From: a virus
DNA length: 64,000 nt
Reading direction: 5' to 3' (one strand)
IMG/VR virus record: IMGVR_UViG_3300047560_000724
Coordinates: 16,580 to 80,579 of that record
A program made the position numbers and the translations under genes. Below the pieces are notes generated by a model that worked only from the letters and a program-made list of their open reading frames with translations, searched no databases and had not been told where the DNA came from. Below, piece after piece: positions 1 through 10,947 of the stretch. Every line of letters starts with the position of its first letter. The stretch's first letter is position 1.

Positions 1-97
1 TCCTTAACAATGATAGCACCTACATGGAGTCTTCGGGCATGACTTAGTTCCGCAAATGTTTCTGCGGTTTCCATATAGGCGGCTTTTAACTTTGTTT

Positions 98-1012
98 TCA
101 TAGATGTGCTAGTCTGATGAGCGTTGCTGCGAGGTTAATCTCTGGATCGCTGACCAGTGTGTGATCAACAAGACCTTGCTTGATAATGAGAATAGCTTTG
201 TCTTGAGTCTGTTCGTCTCCAAAGATGGTGATGTTATCATACAGCCATCTATAAATCTCTTCCATCTCCTCTGGGCGAGCCTGACCGCAGACGAGTTTAC
301 GGGCCTCGCTAATTTTGCCCGCTTTGAATAGCTGGACCATTTCAAGTTTGTAATCTGCTTCACCGGTATCACCCTTTTCTGGAGTGTGCAATTTTCCATC
401 TAAACTATTCATCTGCACAGTATTAATACATTTACGCAAGTCTGGGTAAGTTGCCTTGACAAATGTATCAAGTGTATCGAGATCGAACTCGATATTTTCT
501 TCTACCAAAATCGTAGCAACACGAGCAGTGAACTCAGTAACATCAACACGCTCAATATGAAAACCCTGACATCTACTGTGTAGGGCAGGAATAATTCTAT
601 TAGGATAATTGCAAGTGAGGATAAACCTAGCAGTAGTATGGTATTCCTCCATAACCCCGCGAAGCGCCGCTTGAGCGTTGGGAGACAAATAATCTGCTTC
701 ATCTAATAGTACTACCTTAAAGTCTCCAAACGGGATCATTTGGACAAAGTTAACAATCTTATCACGAACATCTTCAACTGAGTTAGTGCGTGAAGCGTTA
801 ATCTCTAAAATGTCTAACGGATTAACATCTAGTTCATTAAACAAGATCTTAGCAAGTGTTGTCTTACCAATACCTGCATTACCACTAAACAACAAGTGTG
901 GTATAGTGCCTTGTTTAATCCAGCTTTGTACTTGTTCCTTTTGATGGTTATCTCTAAAAACATAACCGTCAATTTTGCTAGGGCGATACTTCTCTACCCA
1001 CAATTCTTTCAT
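98..1012 (-). CDS. Clamp loader (RFC small subunit / T4 gp44-like AAA+ ATPase)
   Basis: WVEKYRP, Walker A GNAGIGKT, DEAD Walker B, SRC motif. Confidence 0.95.
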   Translation of the reverse strand: MKELWVEKYRPSKIDGYVFRDNHQKEQVQSWIKQGTIPHLLFSGNAGIGKTTLAKILFNELDVNPLDILEINASRTNSVEDVRDKIVNFVQMIPFGDFKVVLLDEADYLSPNAQAALRGVMEEYHTTARFILTCNYPNRIIPALHSRCQGFHIERVDVTEFTARVATILVEENIEFDLDTLDTFVKATYPDLRKCINTVQMNSLDGKLHTPEKGDTGEADYKLEMVQLFKAGKISEARKLVCGQARPEEMEEIYRWLYDNITIFGDEQTQDKAILIIKQGLVDHTLVSDPEINLAATLIRLAHL

Positions 1013-1245
1013 ACTAGTTCCTCTACAATGCCTAATGCCTCAGCGACAATAAGACCTACACCGCACCATATTGGGAATCCAACTACTAAACAGACACCTG
1101 CCGTAATACGGATAAAACTTTTAGCAAGGCTAACATATAAATGCTTTTTGGCATCTGGATGCTTAATTCCTTGCTCTGGACGGATAGAATCTAATGCTTC
1201 TTTTGCTTTTTTAATATCTTCTAATGCTTCGCTATGTGTACTCAT
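1009..1245 (-). CDS. Small membrane protein
   Basis: Likely start MSTHSE behind AGGAG; hydrophobic C-terminal half. Confidence 0.7.
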   Translation of the reverse strand: MSTHSEALEDIKKAKEALDSIRPEQGIKHPDAKKHLYVSLAKSFIRITAGVCLVVGFPIWCGVGLIVAEALGIVEELV

Positions 1246-1263
1246 AAGGTTCTCCTTTTTTAT

Positions 1264-1292
1264 ATTATAAAGGAGAGGACAGGGCTTGTCAA
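1264..1292 (-). promoter_or_regulatory. Sigma70-type promoter
   Basis: TTGACA-17 bp-TATAAT on minus strand. Confidence 0.8.
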
Positions 1293-1311
1293 GAGCCCTG
1301 TTACTCAAAGT

Positions 1312-1704
1312 TTATAGATTGACGAAGTCTTGTGGGTTGTGTACAGACCCGTGTGACGGAGTAGCATGAGCACCAAACATAATATCGTTTGGCTTATCAT
1401 CTGCTGACAGTAAAATTGCTTTAGTGTCTACACGCCTAATGATAATCTCATCACCGTTTTCATCTTCAACGGTTACACCGCGGGTCCAACGACCGTGTTC
1501 AATTAAAATCCATTCACCGACTTTAACATCAATTTGTTCTGGACCAATTGCCCAAACACGACCCCACCGAGGTTTAATACCTTCAGTTTTTCCATCATCA
1601 CTGCGGAGGATAATTCCGCTAGCCGTTTTCTGTTCATCAAAACTCATATCCGTAATTAAAACATTATCACGGAGTGGTTTTAGTTTACCCTGAACTACAT
1701 TCAT
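1312..1704 (-). CDS. groES: Co-chaperonin GroES-like
   Basis: LKPLRDNVLI...KTASGIIL...G.V.AIGP...VKVGE. Confidence 0.85.
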   Translation of the reverse strand: MNVVQGKLKPLRDNVLITDMSFDEQKTASGIILRSDDGKTEGIKPRWGRVWAIGPEQIDVKVGEWILIEHGRWTRGVTVEDENGDEIIIRRVDTKAILLSADDKPNDIMFGAHATPSHGSVHNPQDFVNL

Positions 1705-1706
1705 TG

Positions 1707-1952
1707 TTAGGCCTTTCTTCTAGGTGTAACTTCGTCCGGAACAGAATTTTGATTCGCACTTTCATACGATTTTAATACATCTTCTCTTGTACGGACAATT
1801 CTGCCACCTGGGCCTAATTCATCACCGCGAGCGTTAACTTTTACATTACCCACGGCAACTGTCATCTCGTTTTGTAAAGCTAGTTTACCCATGTCAATTT
1901 CTTTGCCCTGCATTGAGCGATAAGTTTGACGCTGTTGTTCTTTCATTGCCAT
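1707..1952 (-). CDS. Hypothetical phage protein
   Basis: ORF with GAGGAG SD in the gene run. Confidence 0.75.
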   Translation of the reverse strand: MAMKEQQRQTYRSMQGKEIDMGKLALQNEMTVAVGNVKVNARGDELGPGGRIVRTREDVLKSYESANQNSVPDEVTPRRKA

Positions 1953-1978
1953 ATTAATCTCCTCGATTATAATACTAC

Positions 1979-2491
1979 TTATCTCAGGAATTCACGCCAG
2001 TCTAAATTATATTTGATAGGATCTATGCTGTGTACTCCGATTAAGTATAGCACATAACTTGCTACACTTGATCCTCGTCCTAGCCCCCACAACACTTGCT
2101 CTTTTGTACAAGTGTCAACAAAGTATTTTAACCACCTAAGCAAATCAATCATATTTCGAGCTTTAAACTCAGCAAGCTCTTCTTGCAATCTAGTTGCTTC
2201 TGGATCCCAAGGTGGCGCCTGCTCAAATAGCCATTTTTCAATGTCTAATGTTTTGTACTCGTCTGGCATGAACCAATCGGATTGTAATGCTTGATCATAG
2301 TCTGCAATACTAATTGAGTCTAAGTCGTTGTTATATTTTTTAAATGTAATTTCTGATATAGTTTCTAAATTAGAAATTTCAGTGCTTGGCTCAACTGTTA
2401 GCTCAGAAAGAAAATCTGTTTGACCCTTATAAAGGATATCAAACAGATCTTGTTCATTAAAAATAGGATTACCAAACTTGTCTACATTCAT
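1979..2491 (-). CDS. Stand-alone DNA polymerase III alpha-like fragment
   Basis: GLGRGSSVASYVLYLIG...IDPIKYNL matches the DnaE GRGS motif; only 170 aa. Confidence 0.8.
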   Translation of the reverse strand: MNVDKFGNPIFNEQDLFDILYKGQTDFLSELTVEPSTEISNLETISEITFKKYNNDLDSISIADYDQALQSDWFMPDEYKTLDIEKWLFEQAPPWDPEATRLQEELAEFKARNMIDLLRWLKYFVDTCTKEQVLWGLGRGSSVASYVLYLIGVHSIDPIKYNLDWREFLR

Positions 2492-2500
2492 TGCTTGAGT

Positions 2501-2728
2501 TTAACTGATATTAATCAATTTGTCAAGCCCATTGTCCTGGTTTTTCTGTGCATCTTCCCATTGTTTGGCGCTGCGTACTTCGACTTCTGCGTTGTACATA
2601 TCCAAAACATTAGCAATCTGCATTTTGACCTCTGAGTTAGTTGTCATAAAATATTTTCTGGTTAACTCAGAAATACGGTTTTGAAGGTCCGGATCCTTCA
2701 AAGTAGATAAGTCTACTAACGGGTGCAT
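2501..2728 (-). CDS. Hypothetical protein
   Basis: Start MHPL overlaps the upstream stop codon. Confidence 0.65.
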   Translation of the reverse strand: MHPLVDLSTLKDPDLQNRISELTRKYFMTTNSEVKMQIANVLDMYNAEVEVRSAKQWEDAQKNQDNGLDKLINIS

Positions 2729-3285
2729 TAGTATTCGCCTAAGTATCTCAAGTAAACAGTACCGCCAGCATCGTATGTCCACGCTTCAAACACTTTTTCA
2801 ACTTGAGTAGTTGGTAAGCTAACTGGTGTAGTTACTGATGCTTCAGCAATTACAGTACCGTTATTTTCTGTACTAATAGTACAAGTTCTAATAGACACGC
2901 CGTCACCTTTAAGATGTAATCTTACTTGTCCAAAATGTCCTGCATCAGGCCATCCTGCAAAAGTTAAAGTAACATCAGCACCTAAAACAAAAGTCTGTAA
3001 AGTACCATCGGCGATAGTAACATTAGTATTTTGTGTAATTGTGCCAGCGTCTTTAGTAATGTTGTACAAACGGCTAACTTCGGCGTTGTCAATTAAGACA
3101 CCGTTAAAATTATTGTCAGTGTTTAATTTTGCTGAATTATTTTGTAAATCAGTGATTTCGCTTTTTGCAACTGAGAATGCTGTTTTAATCGAGTTGAAAT
3201 TGTCACGGAATCCTTGACTATTATTGTCCTGTCCTGCTACTGGGTAAGTAGCATCAATTGTTGATGTGGTAATCTGGCTGGTCAT
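2728..3285 (-). CDS. Putative virion structural protein
   Basis: YPVAGQDNNSQGFRDNF N-terminus, beta-rich, in structural cluster. Confidence 0.65.
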   Translation of the reverse strand: MTSQITTSTIDATYPVAGQDNNSQGFRDNFNSIKTAFSVAKSEITDLQNNSAKLNTDNNFNGVLIDNAEVSRLYNITKDAGTITQNTNVTIADGTLQTFVLGADVTLTFAGWPDAGHFGQVRLHLKGDGVSIRTCTISTENNGTVIAEASVTTPVSLPTTQVEKVFEAWTYDAGGTVYLRYLGEY

Positions 3286-5477
3286 ACTGTTGTCCTGTCC
3301 TTAGTGAATGCAAGATATTTATCGCTATTATTGCCGGTCACTGCGTCAATTATATATCGATCTACAGTGAAGTCGATAGATTTAAAATCGAAGTCACTGT
3401 GCTTAATGTTTAGAATCATATCGTCTGCTGATCCTGGATTACAGAAGCAAATTGGCATGGCTAGCACATAATCGAGCTCAAATAATGATCCGGGCTGTAT
3501 GCTACTCATCCATTGCGGTAGATATGTTCTTTCTAAATCGCCCACAGTTTCAATTGTCTTGCGCCAATTTGTAATACTGTTAGCATAATTATTTTCGGTA
3601 TTCTTAATATACTTTCCGTTAACTTCTAACGGATCTATAACTGTAATGTAAACAACTTCGTATAAAACAGCACCAGTTAATTTATCTATTGCTGATGCTT
3701 TTTTAACATCACCGAACTTTAACTTTTTAGTTTCGTTTGACATTGCCATTGCTGTAACATAAGATGCCGCGGTTGTTGTTTCAATACCTGCATAAACTAA
3801 CACTCGCATATCTTTTCTTACACCATAGTTTGGATCTAACGGACGATACAAATAGTCTAGATCAAAAATTGTATTATCTTCAATAAACTGATTCCATACT
3901 TGTCGTTGAGATTGTTTAACTAACGGTCTAATATAAATGTTGCTGTATTGCTTGTCATCGAACGCATCGACAGAAAGTGTAAATGTCTTAGTGTTGTATG
4001 CGTAACCGTATTGGTCGCTAGCTTCAACAGTAAATGTATAAGTTCTATCAATGATTGTTTCACCGCTGTCTAGTGTAAAATCACTACCGTCAATAGTTGT
4101 AAGACCTGGATAGATGCTATCTGGGAACTGACGGACCTTGCCTGCAATTTTGCCGTCAGGTGTAAGTGCCAAGCCTGGCGGTAACTCACCGCTAATTAAA
4201 TTATAAATTACTTCTGCATCAGGTACTGTAGTAGTTGCTTCTATTTGTAAAGTAGAAAGTCTATTAGCTCTAATAGTTCCAATGTGTGCATCAGTTACCC
4301 ACGAAATAAAGCTATCAACTTCACCAATAATTTTTACACTAAATGATCTACTAGATGAAGTTTCATCGTGGTTAGTACCATATCGAGTCGCTGTTATAGT
4401 CCAAGAATACGATTTAATTAAACCTGCTTGATACGGTACAACACCATAAACATCTCCAGTGCGTGGATTAAATTCTAATCCAGGCGGTAGATTATCTAAG
4501 CTATCAATGTCGTATTGTATATTGCCGGTGTCATAGGCATTAAAAGTTTCAATTACTAAAGTGATATAATTGTTAGCTCGATAAACACCTAAGTCCGATG
4601 GAGTGATCCAGATTGGTTCTCTTAGATAGGTCACATCGGCTGTGAATAAGCCAAAGTCTGCTTCAGTGTTGTCTGCACGGAAATAATCATCCCCAACTAC
4701 AAATATACCAAATTTCTTTTTGCTAACAGTATCACCGTCAGTTACTGAAACATAAAATTCGTATCTGCGATTAAGTTTTTCTTTAGCTATAAATGGAGTA
4801 ATGAAATCAAAGAACGCTGTGTCATATCGATAGGTATCATATCCGTTAAATGGCTTGCGCCCGTAATCGTACAATACAGTATCGTAATAAGTATCATCAT
4901 AAGTACCGTCACCTTCTTTAGGTTTGATACTTAGTACCGCTTGTATAAAACCAGATATTAAACCAGTTCTACTTAATGTTAGTCCGGGAGGTAACTCACC
5001 GTCTCCGCTACCGATGAAGAAACTTAATTGTTGCCCGGTTGAAAGATCGTCATCAATTGCTTCTATCTGATAATTGATCCATGAATTATCTAGAGCATAT
5101 AACTGTGTTAAGTAATCATCAAATGGGTGTATTGGGTATACATTAACTGGCGGTAAAACACCAACAGGTAAGTAACCAGCATTTGAAGTTATTAGCGGAC
5201 TGTCTGCGCCTGCAACAGTCATAGTAAACACGCGATCGCTAATTTCGCCGTTTGAACTAGCTCTTATACAAAATGTTGAAGTTCTTGGTCTAGGAACCTC
5301 GTGCGGAATACCAACTAAGCGGTCGTCAATTAACCGTACCCCAGCTGGTAATTTCCCAGAAATAACTGAATATGAAACACTCGGATCTGATACAACAGGT
5401 AAGCTAAGATCTAGCTCTTCTCGCTCCTGATATACGCCAAGGTTAAAGCCAGTAGATTGTGTCCAAACAGTAAGCAT
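3282..5477 (-). CDS. Putative baseplate/structural protein with Ig-like repeats
   Basis: Repeated G.LPPGL.L...G.I.G Ig-like motifs. Confidence 0.7.
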   Translation of the reverse strand: MLTVWTQSTGFNLGVYQEREELDLSLPVVSDPSVSYSVISGKLPAGVRLIDDRLVGIPHEVPRPRTSTFCIRASSNGEISDRVFTMTVAGADSPLITSNAGYLPVGVLPPVNVYPIHPFDDYLTQLYALDNSWINYQIEAIDDDLSTGQQLSFFIGSGDGELPPGLTLSRTGLISGFIQAVLSIKPKEGDGTYDDTYYDTVLYDYGRKPFNGYDTYRYDTAFFDFITPFIAKEKLNRRYEFYVSVTDGDTVSKKKFGIFVVGDDYFRADNTEADFGLFTADVTYLREPIWITPSDLGVYRANNYITLVIETFNAYDTGNIQYDIDSLDNLPPGLEFNPRTGDVYGVVPYQAGLIKSYSWTITATRYGTNHDETSSSRSFSVKIIGEVDSFISWVTDAHIGTIRANRLSTLQIEATTTVPDAEVIYNLISGELPPGLALTPDGKIAGKVRQFPDSIYPGLTTIDGSDFTLDSGETIIDRTYTFTVEASDQYGYAYNTKTFTLSVDAFDDKQYSNIYIRPLVKQSQRQVWNQFIEDNTIFDLDYLYRPLDPNYGVRKDMRVLVYAGIETTTAASYVTAMAMSNETKKLKFGDVKKASAIDKLTGAVLYEVVYITVIDPLEVNGKYIKNTENNYANSITNWRKTIETVGDLERTYLPQWMSSIQPGSLFELDYVLAMPICFCNPGSADDMILNIKHSDFDFKSIDFTVDRYIIDAVTGNNSDKYLAFTKDRTTV

Positions 5478-5510
5478 GTTTCGTCCTTGATGCTATATTT
5501 ACCACTAATT

Positions 5511-8500
5511 TTATGTTCTGCCTACTGCTACTTCGATAACCCCTAAGTTGCCATCTTCTTTATCTTCTAGTGCTTTTCCGATAATTGCACCCAATGTTGG
5601 GTTTAACGCTTTTACAGCGTACCCGGCAGTTGCACTAGTTGTTAGCATATCGCCTTTTTTAATTCTACCTAATACTTTACAAGGTACACGACCCTGCAAT
5701 GCTATACACACTCTAGTACCAGTTAATCCTTCGTTCATTACATACGCAGGATCTGTAGTAACAACCCCAGCTAATCTAGTGTCGTTAACAATCTTAGTAG
5801 TAGTTGTTTCAGCAGCACCGCCAAACACAACTACAGTTCCGGGCTCGTATTCTGCATCTGAAGAATAGTATTCTGCCAAGTCAGCATAGGTAGCATTTAA
5901 TTGCGAACCAGCTGTTAAGCCCCACTTACCTGTAATAGTACCAGTAGTAGTTGCTAGTCCAGTAGTAATCTTTCTAGTATTAATAGCACCAGTTGCTGTT
6001 GTTTTTACAAGACTATTTGCTGCACTAACTGTTGAAATAGGTGTTGACGAATATGTATTATTAGTACCAACTGTAACAGTTAATGCACCAGAAGTTGATA
6101 CAATTGAATCAAACCCTTTAGTTACTACTGTACTTAAACTAACTTCTTGAGGATATGTACTTGCACCGCTAACATTACCTAAAACTTTAGCAGTACTCAT
6201 ATTTGCCATTTGTTGGCGAGTAACTGTGCTTGGCGGAATAATAAATCTTAACAACCCGTTGTCGTATGTTAAAACTCCGTCACCAGTCATAGTAGCGTTG
6301 TTCCACATACTAGTATGACCGTTATAGACTAGCATATCTGCATTGCTAGTGACTGCTGTTAATTTAATGCCGTCTGGTAATACACCGTTTGAGAATACTC
6401 CAGGATCACTACTGTAACTTAAAGTTACACTAGTCAGTGATCTTGCTGTTGATGTAAACACACCGTTGTATGCTAGCGGTCGAACATTTTCAACTATAAA
6501 CAATGTACCAACCGGATGCGTTGGCTGTCCTGGGAATGTAAATGTTACTAACCAGCTACCGCCATTTGAAATCTTTGACTGATATGATATTGGCCCAGTT
6601 ATGGTAGTGTTTAAATCTAAATGAACATCTTCTAGTCTGCTTAGTCGTCTGTAAGTCCAGTTAACATAGTCAACATAATATTTGTTAGCAGCATCTGATA
6701 ATGTTTCAGGAGCATCGAAGTTAACTCCTCGATTACCACTTAGGTTTAAGTTGCCCTTCATAGGAAGGCTACCGTCTAATGGTAAGTATCCTGGGCCAAT
6801 TAGTCTACCAGCAGAAACTGTACTGCCTGTTTGAGTTTTACCTAATCTACGGTCTACATAATTTCTAACAGCAGATTGCGTAGGTACAATATCAACAGCG
6901 TTAGCGGTCATTGAATCATCTGTTGAAAACTCGTTAATTACAACACCGCGCTTAAATCCTAGGCCATCAAGATTGCTTAATGCGGCTGATCCTGAGATAG
7001 AAATAGTACCAGTGTTTTGATCAACACTAAAATATCTACCAACTCTAAATACACCGTCTTGGTCTGTTGTTGTATAAATTACAACACCTGACGCTTGTTC
7101 TAAAACTTCTTTATCTTGAGAAACAGTACCTGCTGGTACTCCATTTAGTTTTTTAGGATAGTTAGAAGCATTAATGCCGCCGCCGCCGATGTCAACAAAG
7201 GAATGGTTAATAGCATAACACACACTCATGTCGGTTATAACATTAGCTGATGCGCCTGCAACTGGCCCTGCTCTTAATACTACAGGGCTACTAAATCCAG
7301 TGATGTTTGCTGTTAGAGCAGGAGAAAAGTTTAATCGACCGTAGAGTGCTCCGGTAACTGTGGGAGTATCAAAACTTGTAACAGTATGAATAGTTCCCTT
7401 CCATCCAAACTGGTAGCCTATGATTCTAGTTCTATCAGCGGTAGATAAATTATAAACAGCAATTTTAGTATCGCCTATTGTACCATGAGTAGCAGGTTGT
7501 GATATGAAACTAGTCACATCAATGTAACTGTAATGTTCTCTAAGATTTGCTAAAGAATATCCAGCAACAGAATTGTCAACGCTAATAATTCTATAAGTTA
7601 AATCAGTACTATCGGCAAATACTAGTGATTCATCTTCAGCAAGTTCTGTAGTTACACTAAAATTAATAGAACCAAGACATCTAACAGTCATTGGTGTGCC
7701 ATTTGGAATAGTTGCCGCTAGGGCAAAATCCGGCGATAAGTTGTTTTGATACTGTCCAAGATTTAATTTTGCAACGCCAACAGGTAAAGTTCCGCCTTCT
7801 TCAACATTGGTTATAAAATATCTTTTTACAGTTGTGCCTTCTACAATTTCAATCTCAGACTGACCTCTTGGCAAATAGGTATAGCTGGTAACATATACTG
7901 ATATGTCACCTTCTGCATTAGTATATGAGCCAGTTGTGTACGCTGTTACACCTTGTGACAAATCTTCAGTAGTTGCTACAGTTGCTGGTGTGCGATTTAA
8001 ATTGTAACCATATGATCTTAAACCATAGTCACCAAAAGTGTTTGTACTTAGGTTTGAACGAATTTGGCCGCCATATAGTGTATAAAAACCTACATGACAG
8101 AATTCTGTTTTAACATTTTCTAAATCAGCTGAACCAGTATTTGTTGCTAATACACCATAACCTAAGTCTGATTTAATTGTAGTATTAGTTACTTGTATTC
8201 CAGTATATCCAGCTGCCTCTAAAGTAATAACAGTACCAACAGATCCTGAATACGGAGTTGCCGGATCTAATGTAATTGTAGTGTTACCTGAACTAGGTGT
8301 ATATGCGGTAATGCCAATTACTTTGTATTCTACTCCGCCTTCAAAGAATGAACTAGGAACATGCGGTTCTCTAGACTGTAACCCATAACCGCCAGTTAGT
8401 GCAATAGTTTTACCGCTGTTAGTTACAGATGCAACTGTGCCTCTTAGTCTACCAGCATAACCGTCAACAAATGCACCACCACGAATATTATGCTCGTTGG

Positions 8501-10520
8501 AACTTGCACTTATGAGTATACAATTTGATATTTCAGGCAAACTATTAACAATATTACCAGCGGGGTCTAATACTGCCGCAAACGCATTATAGCGATCAAC
8601 TGTTAAGTTTTTAATTACACTTGAATCGTTTAATAAAAATACATCAATGTCGTTATTATTTTTAGCTGCACTAGATTCATCTGCAATATCTGTTAGGTAA
8701 TGACGACCATGATTAGCAGAAGTAAACGGTAGTGTATCTACTGTAATATTTCTAAAAAAGTATACTTGAGTTAGACCGCTTTCACTAATACGATCTAGTG
8801 GACGGATGATAGTTCTTTCTTTATCATCGCCTATAATTGATACATTGGCCGGAACACGAATTGGAAAGTCTTCCTCATATACTCCTGATTCAACATAGAT
8901 AGTAATACCTAATGATGGAGCGCCGTGAGCAAATTCAATAGTTTCGCCTGCCTCAAAGAATACTGGTTTTGTTAAATGTAATGTAAATGTATCATAAGCC
9001 TCTCCGGTAACAGGAAAGTCGCCTTGTGTATATGATACAATATCAGCAACAGCAGATGTAATAATTCCTTTTAATACTTTGCCTGGAATTATTTCACAGT
9101 TAGCAGGATCGCCCTGCATAACAGAAACAGCTTCGCCATTATTAATTCTAACTCGATATACACCGGTGCCAAAAGTATAGTCTGGCGCTGAGTTAGCACC
9201 ATTGGTTATAATACTAATAAATGTATTAAGATTGCTGTCTACGCTATTCTTAGCAGGTACAGATGATACTTTAGATAAATCAGTTACTTGAACAACCGAA
9301 GTTTGGTATCTAGTTGTTGTAACATTATTAAGAACTTGTAAGACTACAGTTTTAAAATAATTAATTGCGCCAATGCTATTAGTAACTTGGTCAGCATGGT
9401 CTTCAGCTTTTACCTTTACATCATAGTATTGATCTTTGGCAGCATGGATAGATTGGTATGTGCCACCTGTAATTAGATCAATTAATAATCCGTTTACAAG
9501 ATTTCCAATAACAGCTTGATATTCTAATGCGTTATATGGAAAGGCACTATACACCTCAGCAACATACGCTGTAAGCTCTGCAATTAAAAAATTCTTATTG
9601 TGCTCTAATAACCAGTAAGCATTAGTGTAACCAACTACAGTAGCATTGCCATTAATAAATTCTGCTGTTGAAACAGTAGAGAAATTAGTACCCGATCCAT
9701 TGTCGTAAGTTATTAGTTGTTTGAAAGAATTAGGTTCTTTTACAGACTGTGCAATTAATTGTTCAGCAGCTTCACAGGCTGCACGAATTGATCTAAATGA
9801 ATGAGATAAGCTACGACCTTCTTTTCCAGACGGTGAATTAGTTTGACTATCGTCACCACTTGTAGATACAAAGAAATTAATTTCGCTAGCAAATGCAGAG
9901 TTATCCACATAGAATTTTGTAGCAGCATCTTGGTCGTCAACTGGCTCGCCAACATTTTTAATTTGGTTTGAATTTACATCTATTGAATCAGTTACTTCTA
10001 AATTAGTAGCTGTAAGTGTACCTTCTTGAGTAGCCGAGCCACTAATGGGCAAATAGTTACTATCAGCATACCCGCGAGTCATTGCTAGCGAGTTTACATT
10101 TGGAATTGTAATTCCAAGCGGCCCGTAAATTGCATTAAAGGCATCGACAATTTCTTGTGTTGGATCTGGCAAGTTACCGAGAGCAAATCCATCTGCATTA
10201 ATCGGACCTTCTAGTGTAGGAGTAGGATTAGATGCTGTAATAATAACTTCAGAGTCTGAAGATGCATCGATATCGATACCTGTACCTGCAACAAGGTCTC
10301 TTGCTGTTAATCTATTGCCTTCATTGTTTGCAATAATTATTTGATTTGAGTCATAGTCGGTAGGAGCGTCAGAAAGTTTTGTAAATGGAATAGTTCCGTC
10401 TATACCTAAAACTGTATAGATTTCGTTAAAGTTTTCATTTACTTTCTTAAACGACTCACGGATACCATCACCGGTACCGTCATTACCTTGTACACCAATA
10501 TCAATTATCTGTTTTGCCAT
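5511..10520 (-). CDS. Large tail/baseplate fibre protein with C-terminal intramolecular chaperone-like domain
   Basis: N-terminal IDIGVQGNDGTGD..R (T4 gp9/gp10-like); C-terminal YADLAEYY...GRVPCKV...IIGKALE. Confidence 0.75.
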   Translation of the reverse strand: MAKQIIDIGVQGNDGTGDGIRESFKKVNENFNEIYTVLGIDGTIPFTKLSDAPTDYDSNQIIIANNEGNRLTARDLVAGTGIDIDASSDSEVIITASNPTPTLEGPINADGFALGNLPDPTQEIVDAFNAIYGPLGITIPNVNSLAMTRGYADSNYLPISGSATQEGTLTATNLEVTDSIDVNSNQIKNVGEPVDDQDAATKFYVDNSAFASEINFFVSTSGDDSQTNSPSGKEGRSLSHSFRSIRAACEAAEQLIAQSVKEPNSFKQLITYDNGSGTNFSTVSTAEFINGNATVVGYTNAYWLLEHNKNFLIAELTAYVAEVYSAFPYNALEYQAVIGNLVNGLLIDLITGGTYQSIHAAKDQYYDVKVKAEDHADQVTNSIGAINYFKTVVLQVLNNVTTTRYQTSVVQVTDLSKVSSVPAKNSVDSNLNTFISIITNGANSAPDYTFGTGVYRVRINNGEAVSVMQGDPANCEIIPGKVLKGIITSAVADIVSYTQGDFPVTGEAYDTFTLHLTKPVFFEAGETIEFAHGAPSLGITIYVESGVYEEDFPIRVPANVSIIGDDKERTIIRPLDRISESGLTQVYFFRNITVDTLPFTSANHGRHYLTDIADESSAAKNNNDIDVFLLNDSSVIKNLTVDRYNAFAAVLDPAGNIVNSLPEISNCILISASSNEHNIRGGAFVDGYAGRLRGTVASVTNSGKTIALTGGYGLQSREPHVPSSFFEGGVEYKVIGITAYTPSSGNTTITLDPATPYSGSVGTVITLEAAGYTGIQVTNTTIKSDLGYGVLATNTGSADLENVKTEFCHVGFYTLYGGQIRSNLSTNTFGDYGLRSYGYNLNRTPATVATTEDLSQGVTAYTTGSYTNAEGDISVYVTSYTYLPRGQSEIEIVEGTTVKRYFITNVEEGGTLPVGVAKLNLGQYQNNLSPDFALAATIPNGTPMTVRCLGSINFSVTTELAEDESLVFADSTDLTYRIISVDNSVAGYSLANLREHYSYIDVTSFISQPATHGTIGDTKIAVYNLSTADRTRIIGYQFGWKGTIHTVTSFDTPTVTGALYGRLNFSPALTANITGFSSPVVLRAGPVAGASANVITDMSVCYAINHSFVDIGGGGINASNYPKKLNGVPAGTVSQDKEVLEQASGVVIYTTTDQDGVFRVGRYFSVDQNTGTISISGSAALSNLDGLGFKRGVVINEFSTDDSMTANAVDIVPTQSAVRNYVDRRLGKTQTGSTVSAGRLIGPGYLPLDGSLPMKGNLNLSGNRGVNFDAPETLSDAANKYYVDYVNWTYRRLSRLEDVHLDLNTTITGPISYQSKISNGGSWLVTFTFPGQPTHPVGTLFIVENVRPLAYNGVFTSTARSLTSVTLSYSSDPGVFSNGVLPDGIKLTAVTSNADMLVYNGHTSMWNNATMTGDGVLTYDNGLLRFIIPPSTVTRQQMANMSTAKVLGNVSGASTYPQEVSLSTVVTKGFDSIVSTSGALTVTVGTNNTYSSTPISTVSAANSLVKTTATGAINTRKITTGLATTTGTITGKWGLTAGSQLNATYADLAEYYSSDAEYEPGTVVVFGGAAETTTTKIVNDTRLAGVVTTDPAYVMNEGLTGTRVCIALQGRVPCKVLGRIKKGDMLTTSATAGYAVKALNPTLGAIIGKALEDKEDGNLGVIEVAVGRT

Positions 10521-10526
10521 ATTGTT

Positions 10527-10850
10527 TTAAACCCCAAAGCTGCTACCGCAACCGCATGTGTTAGCCGCGTTGGGATTTTTAATTGTAAAACTTGAGCCCA
10601 TGAGGTCTTCTTTGTAATCTATTTCTGCGCCTTGCAGGTATTGCATACTCATAGCGTCTACTAACACTTTCCACGCACCGCACGGCACTTCAAAATCGTC
10701 TTCGTTCTTCTCACTGTCAAATGTAAATCCATAGCTAAACCCTGCACAACCGCCACCTTGAACAAAGGTGCGTAGGCACAAGTTTTGGTTGTTTTCTTCT
10801 GCTAGCAAGTCTTGTATTTTTATCTTTGCTGATGGTGAAATTGTGATCAT
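10527..10850 (-). CDS. erpA: Fe-S cluster insertion protein (ErpA/IscA family)
   Basis: GGGCAGFSY and [12 protein letters not shown]. Confidence 0.93.
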   Translation of the reverse strand: MITISPSAKIKIQDLLAEENNQNLCLRTFVQGGGCAGFSYGFTFDSEKNEDDFEVPCGAWKVLVDAMSMQYLQGAEIDYKEDLMGSSFTIKNPNAANTCGCGSSFGV

Positions 10851-10947
10851 AATCAGTCCTTATGTGATATTTATCAATAGCATTTTATAAGACTTGCAGC
10901 CAAGAAAAAAGCGTCCTAAGACGCTTATAAGTGAATGTAGTGTAGTT

